NCBI GenBank assembly: GCA_964511435.1 | Contig: CAZEFH010000002.1 | Coordinates: forward strand, 8,416 to 72,415 | Origin: an uncultured Candidatus Saccharibacteria bacterium | Lineage (GTDB): Bacteria; Patescibacteriota; CPR2; UBA1875; CAIMLA01 | Direction of reading: 5' to 3' | DNA: 64,000 nt | Part shown: piece by piece, positions 39,012 through 46,974 of the stretch | Layout of the letters: every line of letters starts with the position of its first letter | How positions within the stretch are numbered: the stretch's first letter is position 1 | Notes under the pieces: model-generated | Told to the model about the DNA's origin: nothing | Seen by the model: only the letters and a program-made list of their open reading frames with translations | The model's database searches: none | Translations under genes and position numbers: made by a program

Positions 39012-39767
39012 TTGGAGACAACTATGAAGAATCGTGCCGCTATTATCCTTGCCGCTGGTAAGGGTACTCGAATGAAATCTGATCTCCCCAAGGTGCTGCA
39101 CCAAGTTGGCGGGAAAGCAATGGTCAATCACGTGCTTGAGTCTGCACATGAAGCAAATCTTGCTAAGGTGGTTGTTGTTACTGGTCATATGGCAAAATCG
39201 GTTGAAGATACTCTGTGCAAAGAGGCGACTTGTGTTTTTCAGGACCAGCAGCTTGGTACTGGTCACGCAGTTCTGATTACTGAGAAAAATTTTCCTGACC
39301 CAGAAACATCCGTTGTAGTTCTCTGCGGTGATGCACCACTAGTAAAGGCGGCGACCATTACGAAACTTATGGACTACCATGAATCAGTTGGCGCCGACGC
39401 AACAGTCCTGACAGCAGTTGTTAGCGACCCATTCGGATACGGGAGAATTGTTCGCGACGCTGAGGGGCACCTGGAAAAAATAGTCGAAGAAAAAGATGCC
39501 ACAGATGAAGAAAAGCAGATCAGGGAGATAAACACTGGCACATACTGCTTCCGGTCGGGCGCTCTCTTTGACGCTCTAAAGCAGGTTGGGAACAATAATG
39601 CTCAGGGTGAATATTACCTACCAGACACCCTTGAAATTATTCGTGAGCACGGCGGTACTATCAGGGTAATGAGCGACAGTGATGCCACAGAAGTGCTTGG
39701 CGTAAATACCCTAGAGCAACTTGCGGAAGTTGAGAAAATATATCAAGCCAGAAAGGGGAATAAATAA
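39012..39767 (+). CDS. Sugar-1-phosphate nucleotidyltransferase, GlmU N-terminal-domain-like (no acetyltransferase LbH domain)
   Basis: The N-terminus is AIILAAGKGTRMKSDLPKVLH.VGGK.M. The length is only 251 aa. Confidence 0.55.
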   Translation: METTMKNRAAIILAAGKGTRMKSDLPKVLHQVGGKAMVNHVLESAHEANLAKVVVVTGHMAKSVEDTLCKEATCVFQDQQLGTGHAVLITEKNFPDPETSVVVLCGDAPLVKAATITKLMDYHESVGADATVLTAVVSDPFGYGRIVRDAEGHLEKIVEEKDATDEEKQIREINTGTYCFRSGALFDALKQVGNNNAQGEYYLPDTLEIIREHGGTIRVMSDSDATEVLGVNTLEQLAEVEKIYQARKGNK

Positions 39768-40675
39768 TGAATGCATATGCAATAGGACACAAGAACCCAG
39801 ATACTGACTCAGTGGTCGCAGCAATCGCTTTTTCTACCATCCACGAAGGTTTTGTCCCAGCTGTTGCTTGCGAAATCAATAAAGAGACATCATATTTGCT
39901 AAATAGATTTGGCTTTACTATACCAGTTCTGCTCCCAGCAGAAGAGAAGAAGGTGGCGCTTGTTGATACCAATAATCCAGAGGAATTTGCTGATAATCTC
40001 AAGGAAGACGAAATAGTATCGATAGTCGATCACCACAAAATGGGTGGAATCAAGACGGCTGAGCCGGTTGTTGTGACTATTCGTGTCGTTGGCTCTACCA
40101 ACACCGTTCTCTACGAGCTAGGCAAAAAAGAGAGTATTAGTTTCGATGCTAGGCTGGCCAGCATCATGATTGGGGCGATTGTTTCCGATACCCTTAATCT
40201 TACTTCTCCTACCACGACGGATGCAGACAGGACCGCCGTAGAAGAGCTAAATATGGTCGCAAATCTAGATATTCAGCAGTTGGCTGATGAAATGTTCGCG
40301 GCAAAGTCAGACATTTCTGATATCAGCACAGCCGAGCTACTCGGGAAGGACTATAAAGAGTTTGAAGTAAATGGCAAGAAGGTCGGGGTTGGAGTCTGGG
40401 AAACCGTTAAGCCAGAGATGGTGCTCGAGCGTAAATCAGAAATTCTAGCCGAGCTCGCACAGAAGAAGCAGGCAGAGGGACTCGCTGTGATTGTATTCGC
40501 CTGTGTTGATATTCTGGCGGCAAAAAGTGATTTCTTTGTAGTTTCTACAGACGAACAGATAATGCTAGAAAATATTTATGGAGTAAAGACGGTTGATTCT
40601 ATTCTCACTGCCGAGGGAGTGGTTTCTCGCAAGAAACAGATGAACCCGCAGATTACCGATTATCTCTCGAAGTAG
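39767..40675 (+). CDS. ppaC: Manganese-dependent inorganic pyrophosphatase (family II, DHH/DHHA2)
   Basis: The N-terminus is GHKNPDTDSVVAAIAF with a VDHHK motif. The length is 302 aa. The start shares one base with the upstream stop (TAATG). Confidence 0.7.
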   Translation: MNAYAIGHKNPDTDSVVAAIAFSTIHEGFVPAVACEINKETSYLLNRFGFTIPVLLPAEEKKVALVDTNNPEEFADNLKEDEIVSIVDHHKMGGIKTAEPVVVTIRVVGSTNTVLYELGKKESISFDARLASIMIGAIVSDTLNLTSPTTTDADRTAVEELNMVANLDIQQLADEMFAAKSDISDISTAELLGKDYKEFEVNGKKVGVGVWETVKPEMVLERKSEILAELAQKKQAEGLAVIVFACVDILAAKSDFFVVSTDEQIMLENIYGVKTVDSILTAEGVVSRKKQMNPQITDYLSK

Positions 40676-40681
40676 CCGTGG

Positions 40682-40711
40682 TTGACCAATCCTGGATTTT
40701 ATGCTAAAATA
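40682..40711 (+). promoter_or_regulatory. Promoter: TTGACC -35, 17-bp spacer, then TGCTAAAAT extended -10 (copy 3 of the TTTATGCTAAAATA motif), upstream of rpmH
   Basis: TTGACC lies at 40682..40687 and TAAAAT at 40705..40710. The spacing was counted at 17 nt. Confidence 0.55.
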
Positions 40712-40753
40712 CCTAGGTTAAATGCGCCAAATAACACATAGGTAAGATACGAA

Positions 40754-40906
40754 ATGAGTAAAAGAACATTCCAGCCAAAGAAAGCCCACGTCGGCAAGAC
40801 ACACGGATTCCTAGTCCGCATGGCAACTACCGCAGGGCAAAAAGTCCTCAAGGCTCGTCGCCTGAAGGGACGTAAAAGTCTGACTCCAAAGGCATATGCT
40901 AAGTAG
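40754..40906 (+). CDS. rpmH: 50S ribosomal protein L34
   Basis: The 50-aa protein is [50 protein letters not shown]. It is absent from the ORF track because it is shorter than 60 aa. Confidence 0.85.
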   Translation: MSKRTFQPKKAHVGKTHGFLVRMATTAGQKVLKARRLKGRKSLTPKAYAK

Positions 40907-41252
40907 AGCCCTCAGGCTTACTGACAATCGAGATTTTCAAAATGTATATAGGCGCGGTCGTTATAATGCGACCGCGCTTCTTAGTGTAAACGTCCTTGCT
41001 AGTCGTGGTGGAGCGACTAAGATTGGTGTCGTTGCGAGTAAGAAGGCAGCTAAAAAGGCTCATGACCGTAATGCAGTGAAGCGTAAAGTGCGCGAAGCAG
41101 CTAGGCTTGCATATTCTAGGCTGAAGCCAGGCAACAATGTCGTAATTACAATTAAGGCACCAGCCCTTACTGCCGACTATAAAACTCTTGAGAAGGACTT
41201 GCTTGGTTCATTTAAGCGACTCGGACTTTTTACTGATGAAAGCTCTAAATAA
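40896..41252 (+). CDS. rnpA: Ribonuclease P protein component
   Basis: A basic 118-aa protein directly after rpmH. The R..L..N..F..V...G motif region is present. Confidence 0.8.
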   Translation: MLSRALRLTDNRDFQNVYRRGRYNATALLSVNVLASRGGATKIGVVASKKAAKKAHDRNAVKRKVREAARLAYSRLKPGNNVVITIKAPALTADYKTLEKDLLGSFKRLGLFTDESSK

Positions 41253-41523
41253 GATAATTCGGTGGCCGTTTAAGGCACTAATTACCCTGTATCAGAAGAC
41301 TATATCTCCTGACCATGGGATTATTTCTGGCTTCTTTCCTCATGGATACTGCAGGTTTTCTCCAACTTGCTCGGAGTATACCAAGCAAGCGATTGATAAA
41401 CATGGTGTAGTGCTCGGCACGGTAATGGGAAGCTGGCGCATACTTCGATGTAATCCCTGGTCTCGTGGTGGCAATGATCCAGTGCCCGATAAGCCACTCG
41501 AGGCATTTAAGAAAAGTAAATAG
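41236..41523 (+). CDS. yidD: Membrane protein insertion efficiency factor YidD
   Basis: The motif is PTCSEY...AI..HG...G..LG..RI.RC.P, with a start at the MKALNK ATG. Confidence 0.8.
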   Translation: MKALNKIIRWPFKALITLYQKTISPDHGIISGFFPHGYCRFSPTCSEYTKQAIDKHGVVLGTVMGSWRILRCNPWSRGGNDPVPDKPLEAFKKSK

Positions 41524-41531
41524 AACGAAAA

Positions 41532-41560
41532 CTGCCCCGCACGCAAATGGGGCAGTTTCC
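41532..41560. terminator. Rho-independent terminator hairpin after yidD (CTGCCCC, 10-nt loop, GGGGCAG, then TTTCC)
   Basis: A 7-bp perfect stem followed by a T-run. It also abuts the end of the minus-strand high-GC operon. Confidence 0.6.
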
Positions 41561-41595
41561 TTACTTGCAGGCGGGGCAGATGCACGCGTGGTGCG

Positions 41596-41964
41596 CTAGC
41601 TGGACGGAACGAACTCGAGCCTCGCAGCGTAGTCGCGGTTCACGCGGCAGGTGTAGAAGTGCGGTGGAGCAATCGGGTCAGCGTACGCAACCACGACGGC
41701 ACGGCCGTTTTCACGATTGGCTGCGACGAAGGCGAGGTCAAACCTGAATCCGTTGATGCTTTCGCCCTCGAAAGGCCCGCCGAGAAGCCAGCCGTTATCC
41801 CGAAGGACGCACTCCAAATCCTCCAGAGAAGGGCCGTAGGTAGCTGCTTTACGAGTGGCAAACTCGGACGCGAGGTAGGGGTGAGTGTCCTTGGCCACCT
41901 TCTCCCTGTTGATCTCGGTGAGGTCTGTGACAAAGGTAGGCCAACTGTGGATCGATCTCAGCAT
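41596..41964 (-). CDS. Hypothetical protein, third gene of the high-GC three-gene operon. A weak barstar-like pattern (..EFA.....YGPSLEDLECVL) is speculative
   Basis: High GC3 codon usage. A GGAGGTGA Shine-Dalgarno lies 7 nt upstream of the ATG at 41964. The gene lies 15 bp after the previous gene's stop. Confidence 0.5.
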   Translation of the reverse strand: MLRSIHSWPTFVTDLTEINREKVAKDTHPYLASEFATRKAATYGPSLEDLECVLRDNGWLLGGPFEGESINGFRFDLAFVAANRENGRAVVVAYADPIAPPHFYTCRVNRDYAARLEFVPSS

Positions 41965-41979
41965 GTAGGGTCACCTCCG

Positions 41980-42435
41980 CTACTCGCGCTCGGGCAATGC
42001 GCCGGTCATCACCGTGAAGCGCTCGAGGTCGAGAACTTCGGTGATGAGGTCGATTGCCAACAAGATCAGAACCTCATGCAGACCTTCGGTGATGTAGAAC
42101 TCGACGCTACGCAGCTCGCCCCTGAAACCATTTGCCCAAGGGAAGCAGACAGCGATCTCTCCGATGACATCGTTGCCATCCCTCTCCAGGACCTCAATCC
42201 AGGAGACGAGTGCGTACTGGTACCCGTCAGGGCCGTAGACCTTGGCGCGCTGGTGTGTCAGGCGATAGTCGCCTTCCGTAAGGGAAGCGCGACACTTCGC
42301 CATTCCTCGTGACAGGTCGATCCGGTGATCTCCGCCCAGGCTCTTGGCCCAGGCGTCGAGACGGGGATCAACCAGATTCAGCTTGTGGCCAGACTTGATC
42401 TCTCCGTAGGCGAAGACGACATGTGTCTCTTCCAC
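41980..42435 (-). CDS. Hypothetical acidic protein, second gene of the high-GC operon
   Basis: The start is GTG and a GGAGGTG Shine-Dalgarno lies 7 nt upstream. GC3 is high. No recognised domain. Confidence 0.5.
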   Translation of the reverse strand: MEETHVVFAYGEIKSGHKLNLVDPRLDAWAKSLGGDHRIDLSRGMAKCRASLTEGDYRLTHQRAKVYGPDGYQYALVSWIEVLERDGNDVIGEIAVCFPWANGFRGELRSVEFYITEGLHEVLILLAIDLITEVLDLERFTVMTGALPERE

Positions 42436-42448
42436 GATGGTACACCTC

Positions 42449-42640
42449 CTACTTCTTCTTGGGAGTGGGGGCGGCCGACATCGTCGGCAGCACCTTGGTC
42501 TGGGGCGGCTTCGGGTCGGCGTTGAACCGACCTATGATGAGCGAGAAGAGTATGCCGAAGACGATAATGCCACCGATGACAATGGCAAACGCCAGGCGGT
42601 TCAGCTCGCCAACCGTACGTTCCTTATCCAACATATTCAC
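42449..42640 (-). CDS. Small single-pass membrane protein (63 aa), first gene of the high-GC operon
   Basis: One TM helix (LAFAIVIGGIIVFGILFSLIIG) is followed by a Pro/Lys-rich tail. The gene has a GAGAGGGG Shine-Dalgarno and a GTG or ATG start. Confidence 0.45.
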   Translation of the reverse strand: MNMLDKERTVGELNRLAFAIVIGGIIVFGILFSLIIGRFNADPKPPQTKVLPTMSAAPTPKKK

Positions 42641-42766
42641 GTGCTTTCCCCTCTCAGTCAGACCCTACCTCGGTAGGGCATTATCTATGAGCAGAACACG
42701 ATATATTATAACAAGTTGGCCAATAAATCAATAGTTTTAAAGCCCGGTCCAATGAATATACTAGAA

Positions 42767-42802
42767 TAAACATTACGACATTCTTGCGAATGTCGTAATG
42801 TA
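42767..42802. promoter_or_regulatory. Palindromic operator-like element (ACATTACGACATTC, 4-nt spacer, GAATGTCGTAATGT) in the divergent region between the high-GC operon and the ArsR-like gene
   Basis: It has perfect 14-bp inverted arms. The same element occurs, reverse-complemented, at 43119..43156. Confidence 0.6.
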
Positions 42803-42818
42803 GTGGTACATTATACTT

Positions 42819-43091
42819 ATGACGAAAACCCCAAAACAACTTGAAAGATATTTTAAAGGAGTATCAAATCACCGGCGGATACAGATTTTGAAATTAATTA
42901 AAGACAGGGGATCTTTAACCTTATTCGATATTTCTGAGACTCTGAATTCGAATATCACAACAATTTCCGAACATACAAGTCGGCTAGCTAAGGCAGGCTT
43001 AATTAACAAGGAATATAAAGGCAAGTTCGTTTTTCACTCCTTGTCTCCCTATGGAGAGATTATGATAGAAAGCTTTGAAAGGTTCTCATAG
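42819..43091 (+). CDS. ArsR/SmtB-family winged-helix transcriptional regulator
   Basis: The motif NHRRIQILKLI...SLTLFDISETLN.NITTISEHTSRLAKAGLI matches the ArsR HTH pattern. It is 90 aa. Confidence 0.7.
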   Translation: MTKTPKQLERYFKGVSNHRRIQILKLIKDRGSLTLFDISETLNSNITTISEHTSRLAKAGLINKEYKGKFVFHSLSPYGEIMIESFERFS

Positions 43092-43118
43092 AAGTAAGTA
43101 GATTCGTGTTTTGTAGTA

Positions 43119-43156
43119 TAAACATTACGACATTCGCAAGAATGTCGTAATGTTTA
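43119..43156. promoter_or_regulatory. Second copy of the palindromic operator (TAAACATTACGACATTC GCAA GAATGTCGTAATGTTTA, 17-bp arms) in the promoter region of the large lipase-like gene
   Basis: A perfect 38-bp palindrome that is the exact reverse complement of the upstream copy. Confidence 0.6.
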
Positions 43157-43213
43157 TATATTGACAATATTTACACATATACTCATAATATAGCCAAATA
43201 ATGGAGGTAAGAG

Positions 43214-46200
43214 GTGGCTTCCATGGGTAAAAATTCAGCTGTGATTTCTTGGTTTGAATCAATCATTAACCAGGAAAATTATTGGAGAAGTGTATTTTAT
43301 GCAGGGCTTACAGTTATAGTGAGTCTTTTTTTGTATTTACCGCAAAAGACATTTGCAGCGGAGTGGGTGAGCATGGGTTTCGAAGATACACAGGTCAGAT
43401 CATATGTAGTTGATCGATATGATAAACAACATATCGTTGTAAATCTCTCGTCTACAAAAAATGGTTTCTATAATTATTATACAAAAGATGGGGGAGATAC
43501 GTGGCAACCAATCCAAGGGGCAAATAGCATATGTGATACGGCGATTCAAAATCGAGGTAATAAGCTGGAGTTTTGGCTTGGTTGTATGGATGGACTGAAA
43601 AGATCAATTGATGGTAGTGATACTTTTCAGACGGTGGTAAATTATGGTAATAACATTGTTTATAATATGTCTTCCTCGGACGATGGAACGCTATATTTTT
43701 CGGCTGCGAATTCTGTCTATAGAGTAAGAGACAGCCTGATTATCGAAAAAACCAACCTGCCAAACACAAGTAGCTCTATCGCGTACATTTCTGTAAACCC
43801 GATTAACAGCAGTGAAGCGTATATTTCCAAAACTGGAACCGGACCAGGAATATACAAGACAAGCGATGCCGGGGGTAATTGGGCTCAAGTTTCTGCGATG
43901 GCGCAGTTTAATAGTGGAATTAATGGTTTATATTTTCTTGGTGACGGTAACCTGTGCATTACGGCCAGCCCCGGTGGTGTTAGTTTTTCGTCAAATGGTG
44001 GCTTTACGTGGAGCAATCTAAAAACACCTGATCCGAGCGGTCAATATGAATCTAATCGTCTGTATTCTGGTGGTCAAAATCCTGATGTTTTGGCAAATGT
44101 GATAATTACCAACTTTACCTTGGCGAATGTAACCCCTAGAATTTACTCTCAGACTGGGGCCAGTACTCTCGATACCGTGGTTTCTCCACTCACATTTAGT
44201 GCTGTCTACCCGGCTGTGTCTCAAGGAGTGACGTTTGTAGTAGGGCGTATTGGGACAAATGGTATTTGGAGAAATGACGGGATAGCTATTCAGCCAGAAT
44301 ATCTCAAGAAGCGACCGGTAATAATTATTCCGGGAATAATGGGGAGCTGGGGTAAAAGTTTTAGTAAAGAGTTGTTTTTAGACCCAATTTTTCACACATA
44401 CGACTCGCTAATCAATTCTTTAGTCGAAAATGGTTTGAGGGAGGATGTGGACTATTTTACATTCCCGTATAACTGGATGCAGGACAACCATCAGTCTGCA
44501 ATTCAACTTAAATATTTTATAGATAAAATCAAAATTAATACTGGCGCTGATAAGGTAAATATTGTTGCTCATAGTATGGGTGGTATAGTTACTCGGGATT
44601 ACGCAGAATCAAGTAATTATGAAAATGATATAGATAAAATAATATTTTTAGGGACGCCTCATTTAGGTAGTCCATCATCATATATTACATGGGAGTCTGG
44701 AAAGGTTGTTTTTGGTAGTGATTTGCTTACAAATGAATTAACAAATTATTTATTTGCTGAAATGGCAAAACAGTTTGGTTATAATAGTCTATTTGACTTT
44801 ATCCGTCACAAAGTCGTATCTGTGGGGCAGCTATTGCCTATTTATGATTATTTGGCAACGAGTTCTGGTGTTTTATTATACCCAAACGGTTACCCTCGAA
44901 ATAACTACTTGGAAAGACTTGATGTAAATAACAATTTACTAATTAGTTTAGGGATTCACGTGACCAACATCATAACGCAAGATATCGAAACCATTAATGG
45001 GTACAAAGTAAGTAATGATGAAGGATCTGATGGCCATTGGGAATTTGGGTTCCCGGAACTCCCAATGATTGGGTTTGGAGATGGTGTTGTTCCAAATAAT
45101 AGCTCAACATTCATCGCAAGCCAAAAACAGGTAATACTGAATGGTGTTGGCCATCGTGAAATAGCCACTAGTGCAACAAGAGAGGTCTTGGTCGCACTTG
45201 GTATAAATGATCCTAAGACTGTAATTGAGGAAACTATAGAAAAGTACTTAATAATTAAGGCATATTCCCCAGTAGACTTTTATGTTATTGCGCCAGATGG
45301 TTTGAAAATTGGCTATAACAAAAATGGAGGAATATTTAACGAAATTACTGACGCCTTTTACTCTGGAGCAGACAGTGCAGCAGAATTTGTTACAATTCCG
45401 AGTCCTCCAGATGGTGAATACCGGATAGTTACGCTGGGTAACTCCTCGGGTTCATATAAGATTGAATCAAGCTATATCGATGATCAGCTGAACAAAGGAT
45501 CTACGACAAGTTACGAGGGTGTCACCAAGGTGGGGTCTGAACAAACCGTCATAACAAATCTCTCTAAAGCAGATTTTGAGACAGAAACAGAAATAGATGA
45601 TCATATTGCACCAGTTACCACTGCATCCATTGATCAATCAGAAATCGAATACAATAAAGGCCCGCTAACAGTTACTCTTTCTGCAACCGATAACGTAAGT
45701 GGTTTAAAGGTAACTCAATATAGTTATGATGGTAGTAATTGGAATGATTACGTCGATCCAGTAACAATCTCTGAAAATGGTACGAACACATTACATTACC
45801 GTTCAGAAGATAATGCCGGCAACGTGGAAGAAACAAAGACACTGGTGGTGAAAATTGATTATACTCCGCCAATGATTACGCTCACAACAGACAAATCAAG
45901 TTATACAAGATATGATAAAGTAAGTCTAAGTTGTGAGGTAATTGATGTATTTTCACAAGTAAAAACCGTTAATCTAGAATTAGATGGAAATCAGATTCAG
46001 TGTAGTAATCAAGAAATTGATGTCTCGAGATTGGCGCTCGGTAGTCATACACTTCACATTGTCGCGACTGATGTAGTTGGGAATGTGGCGGAACAGACCG
46101 TACATTTTAATATAATCGGAACTTCTACTTCATTATTGCTCGACATCAATTCACTGTACTTTGGCAAACAGATTAGTCGAATGCAATACTATCAATACAA

Positions 46201-46366
46201 CGCGCTCTTATCAGTCTATGAATTGATGTCTAGACTAGGCCTGGGAAAACCTGCGAACTCAATTTTGGATGCGTGGTTAAAAATTATTGATAAAGACAAA
46301 AAACTTAAGTTTATTACTGATTACGCGTATAATTTACTTAAAGAGGATATGTTATGGCTAAAGTAA
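43214..46366 (+). CDS. Large secreted alpha/beta-hydrolase (lipase/esterase, PGAP1/DUF676-like) with C-terminal Ig-like / OmpL47-type beta-sandwich repeats
   Basis: It has a signal/TM N-terminus. The nucleophile elbow is VAHSMGG (GxSxG). C-terminal NVSGLKV..YSYDGSNW...HYRSEDNAGNVE repeats are typical of chitobiase-type Ig-like domains. Confidence 0.6.
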   Translation: MASMGKNSAVISWFESIINQENYWRSVFYAGLTVIVSLFLYLPQKTFAAEWVSMGFEDTQVRSYVVDRYDKQHIVVNLSSTKNGFYNYYTKDGGDTWQPIQGANSICDTAIQNRGNKLEFWLGCMDGLKRSIDGSDTFQTVVNYGNNIVYNMSSSDDGTLYFSAANSVYRVRDSLIIEKTNLPNTSSSIAYISVNPINSSEAYISKTGTGPGIYKTSDAGGNWAQVSAMAQFNSGINGLYFLGDGNLCITASPGGVSFSSNGGFTWSNLKTPDPSGQYESNRLYSGGQNPDVLANVIITNFTLANVTPRIYSQTGASTLDTVVSPLTFSAVYPAVSQGVTFVVGRIGTNGIWRNDGIAIQPEYLKKRPVIIIPGIMGSWGKSFSKELFLDPIFHTYDSLINSLVENGLREDVDYFTFPYNWMQDNHQSAIQLKYFIDKIKINTGADKVNIVAHSMGGIVTRDYAESSNYENDIDKIIFLGTPHLGSPSSYITWESGKVVFGSDLLTNELTNYLFAEMAKQFGYNSLFDFIRHKVVSVGQLLPIYDYLATSSGVLLYPNGYPRNNYLERLDVNNNLLISLGIHVTNIITQDIETINGYKVSNDEGSDGHWEFGFPELPMIGFGDGVVPNNSSTFIASQKQVILNGVGHREIATSATREVLVALGINDPKTVIEETIEKYLIIKAYSPVDFYVIAPDGLKIGYNKNGGIFNEITDAFYSGADSAAEFVTIPSPPDGEYRIVTLGNSSGSYKIESSYIDDQLNKGSTTSYEGVTKVGSEQTVITNLSKADFETETEIDDHIAPVTTASIDQSEIEYNKGPLTVTLSATDNVSGLKVTQYSYDGSNWNDYVDPVTISENGTNTLHYRSEDNAGNVEETKTLVVKIDYTPPMITLTTDKSSYTRYDKVSLSCEVIDVFSQVKTVNLELDGNQIQCSNQEIDVSRLALGSHTLHIVATDVVGNVAEQTVHFNIIGTSTSLLLDINSLYFGKQISRMQYYQYNALLSVYELMSRLGLGKPANSILDAWLKIIDKDKKLKFITDYAYNLLKEDMLWLK

Positions 46367-46755
46367 ATGTAAATATCTCTCCACTCGGGTTATGGATTTA
46401 CTTCGAATCACTCATCTCGGTGTTATTGTTGTGGTATTCGGGAACATACACAAATTGGGGAATCCAGTTATTGATTGCCTTGGCAGTCATCTTGATTGTC
46501 CTGTGGTTATATATATTTAGTGCCAAATCAATAATATATCGAGCAGTTATTTCAAACTTAATTCTGACAGCCGTAACCTCTGTGTATTACGTAATCATTA
46601 TTTTTATAGGGCTATCAAAAGGTTTAGTATTGGGAGATTACTGTTTTGATGTATGTATAGGAGAATGGCTATTGTTTTATATAGTAATTATTACCTCGAT
46701 TTTTATGACTATAACTCAATTATTAATTTTTAAACTAAATTACAAAAACCTATGA
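46354..46755 (+). CDS. Hypothetical small polytopic membrane protein
   Basis: It has 4 predicted TM helices. Confidence 0.35.
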   Translation: MAKVNVNISPLGLWIYFESLISVLLLWYSGTYTNWGIQLLIALAVILIVLWLYIFSAKSIIYRAVISNLILTAVTSVYYVIIIFIGLSKGLVLGDYCFDVCIGEWLLFYIVIITSIFMTITQLLIFKLNYKNL

Positions 46756-46973
46756 CTATCCAAGAACTTAAAACTACAATTGACCGAATCGAGGGGGAGT
46801 ATGCTGTGCTCGTCTATGGCAAGGAGCAGCTGCTCTGGCCGAAGGATAAGCTCCCTGCTCACGCCAAGGAAGGTGATACCCTTGTACTTACTGCCAAGCG
46901 GGACGTAGATGCGCGCAAAGACCGAGAAGAACTAGCAAAAACGGTTATCAACGAGCTGCTGAAAAAGGACTGA
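46752..46973 (+). CDS. DUF3006-family small protein
   Basis: The 73-aa sequence has the pattern IDRIEG..AVL......L.WPK..LP..AKEGD.L. Confidence 0.5.
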   Translation: MTIQELKTTIDRIEGEYAVLVYGKEQLLWPKDKLPAHAKEGDTLVLTAKRDVDARKDREELAKTVINELLKKD

Positions 46974-46974
46974 C

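Noticed and set aside
41547-41747. Arg-rich 66-aa ORF on the + strand at the edge of the high-GC patch
   Set aside because: It is antisense to the well-supported minus-strand gene, has an extreme Arg/Gly bias typical of GC-rich noise, and has no RBS.
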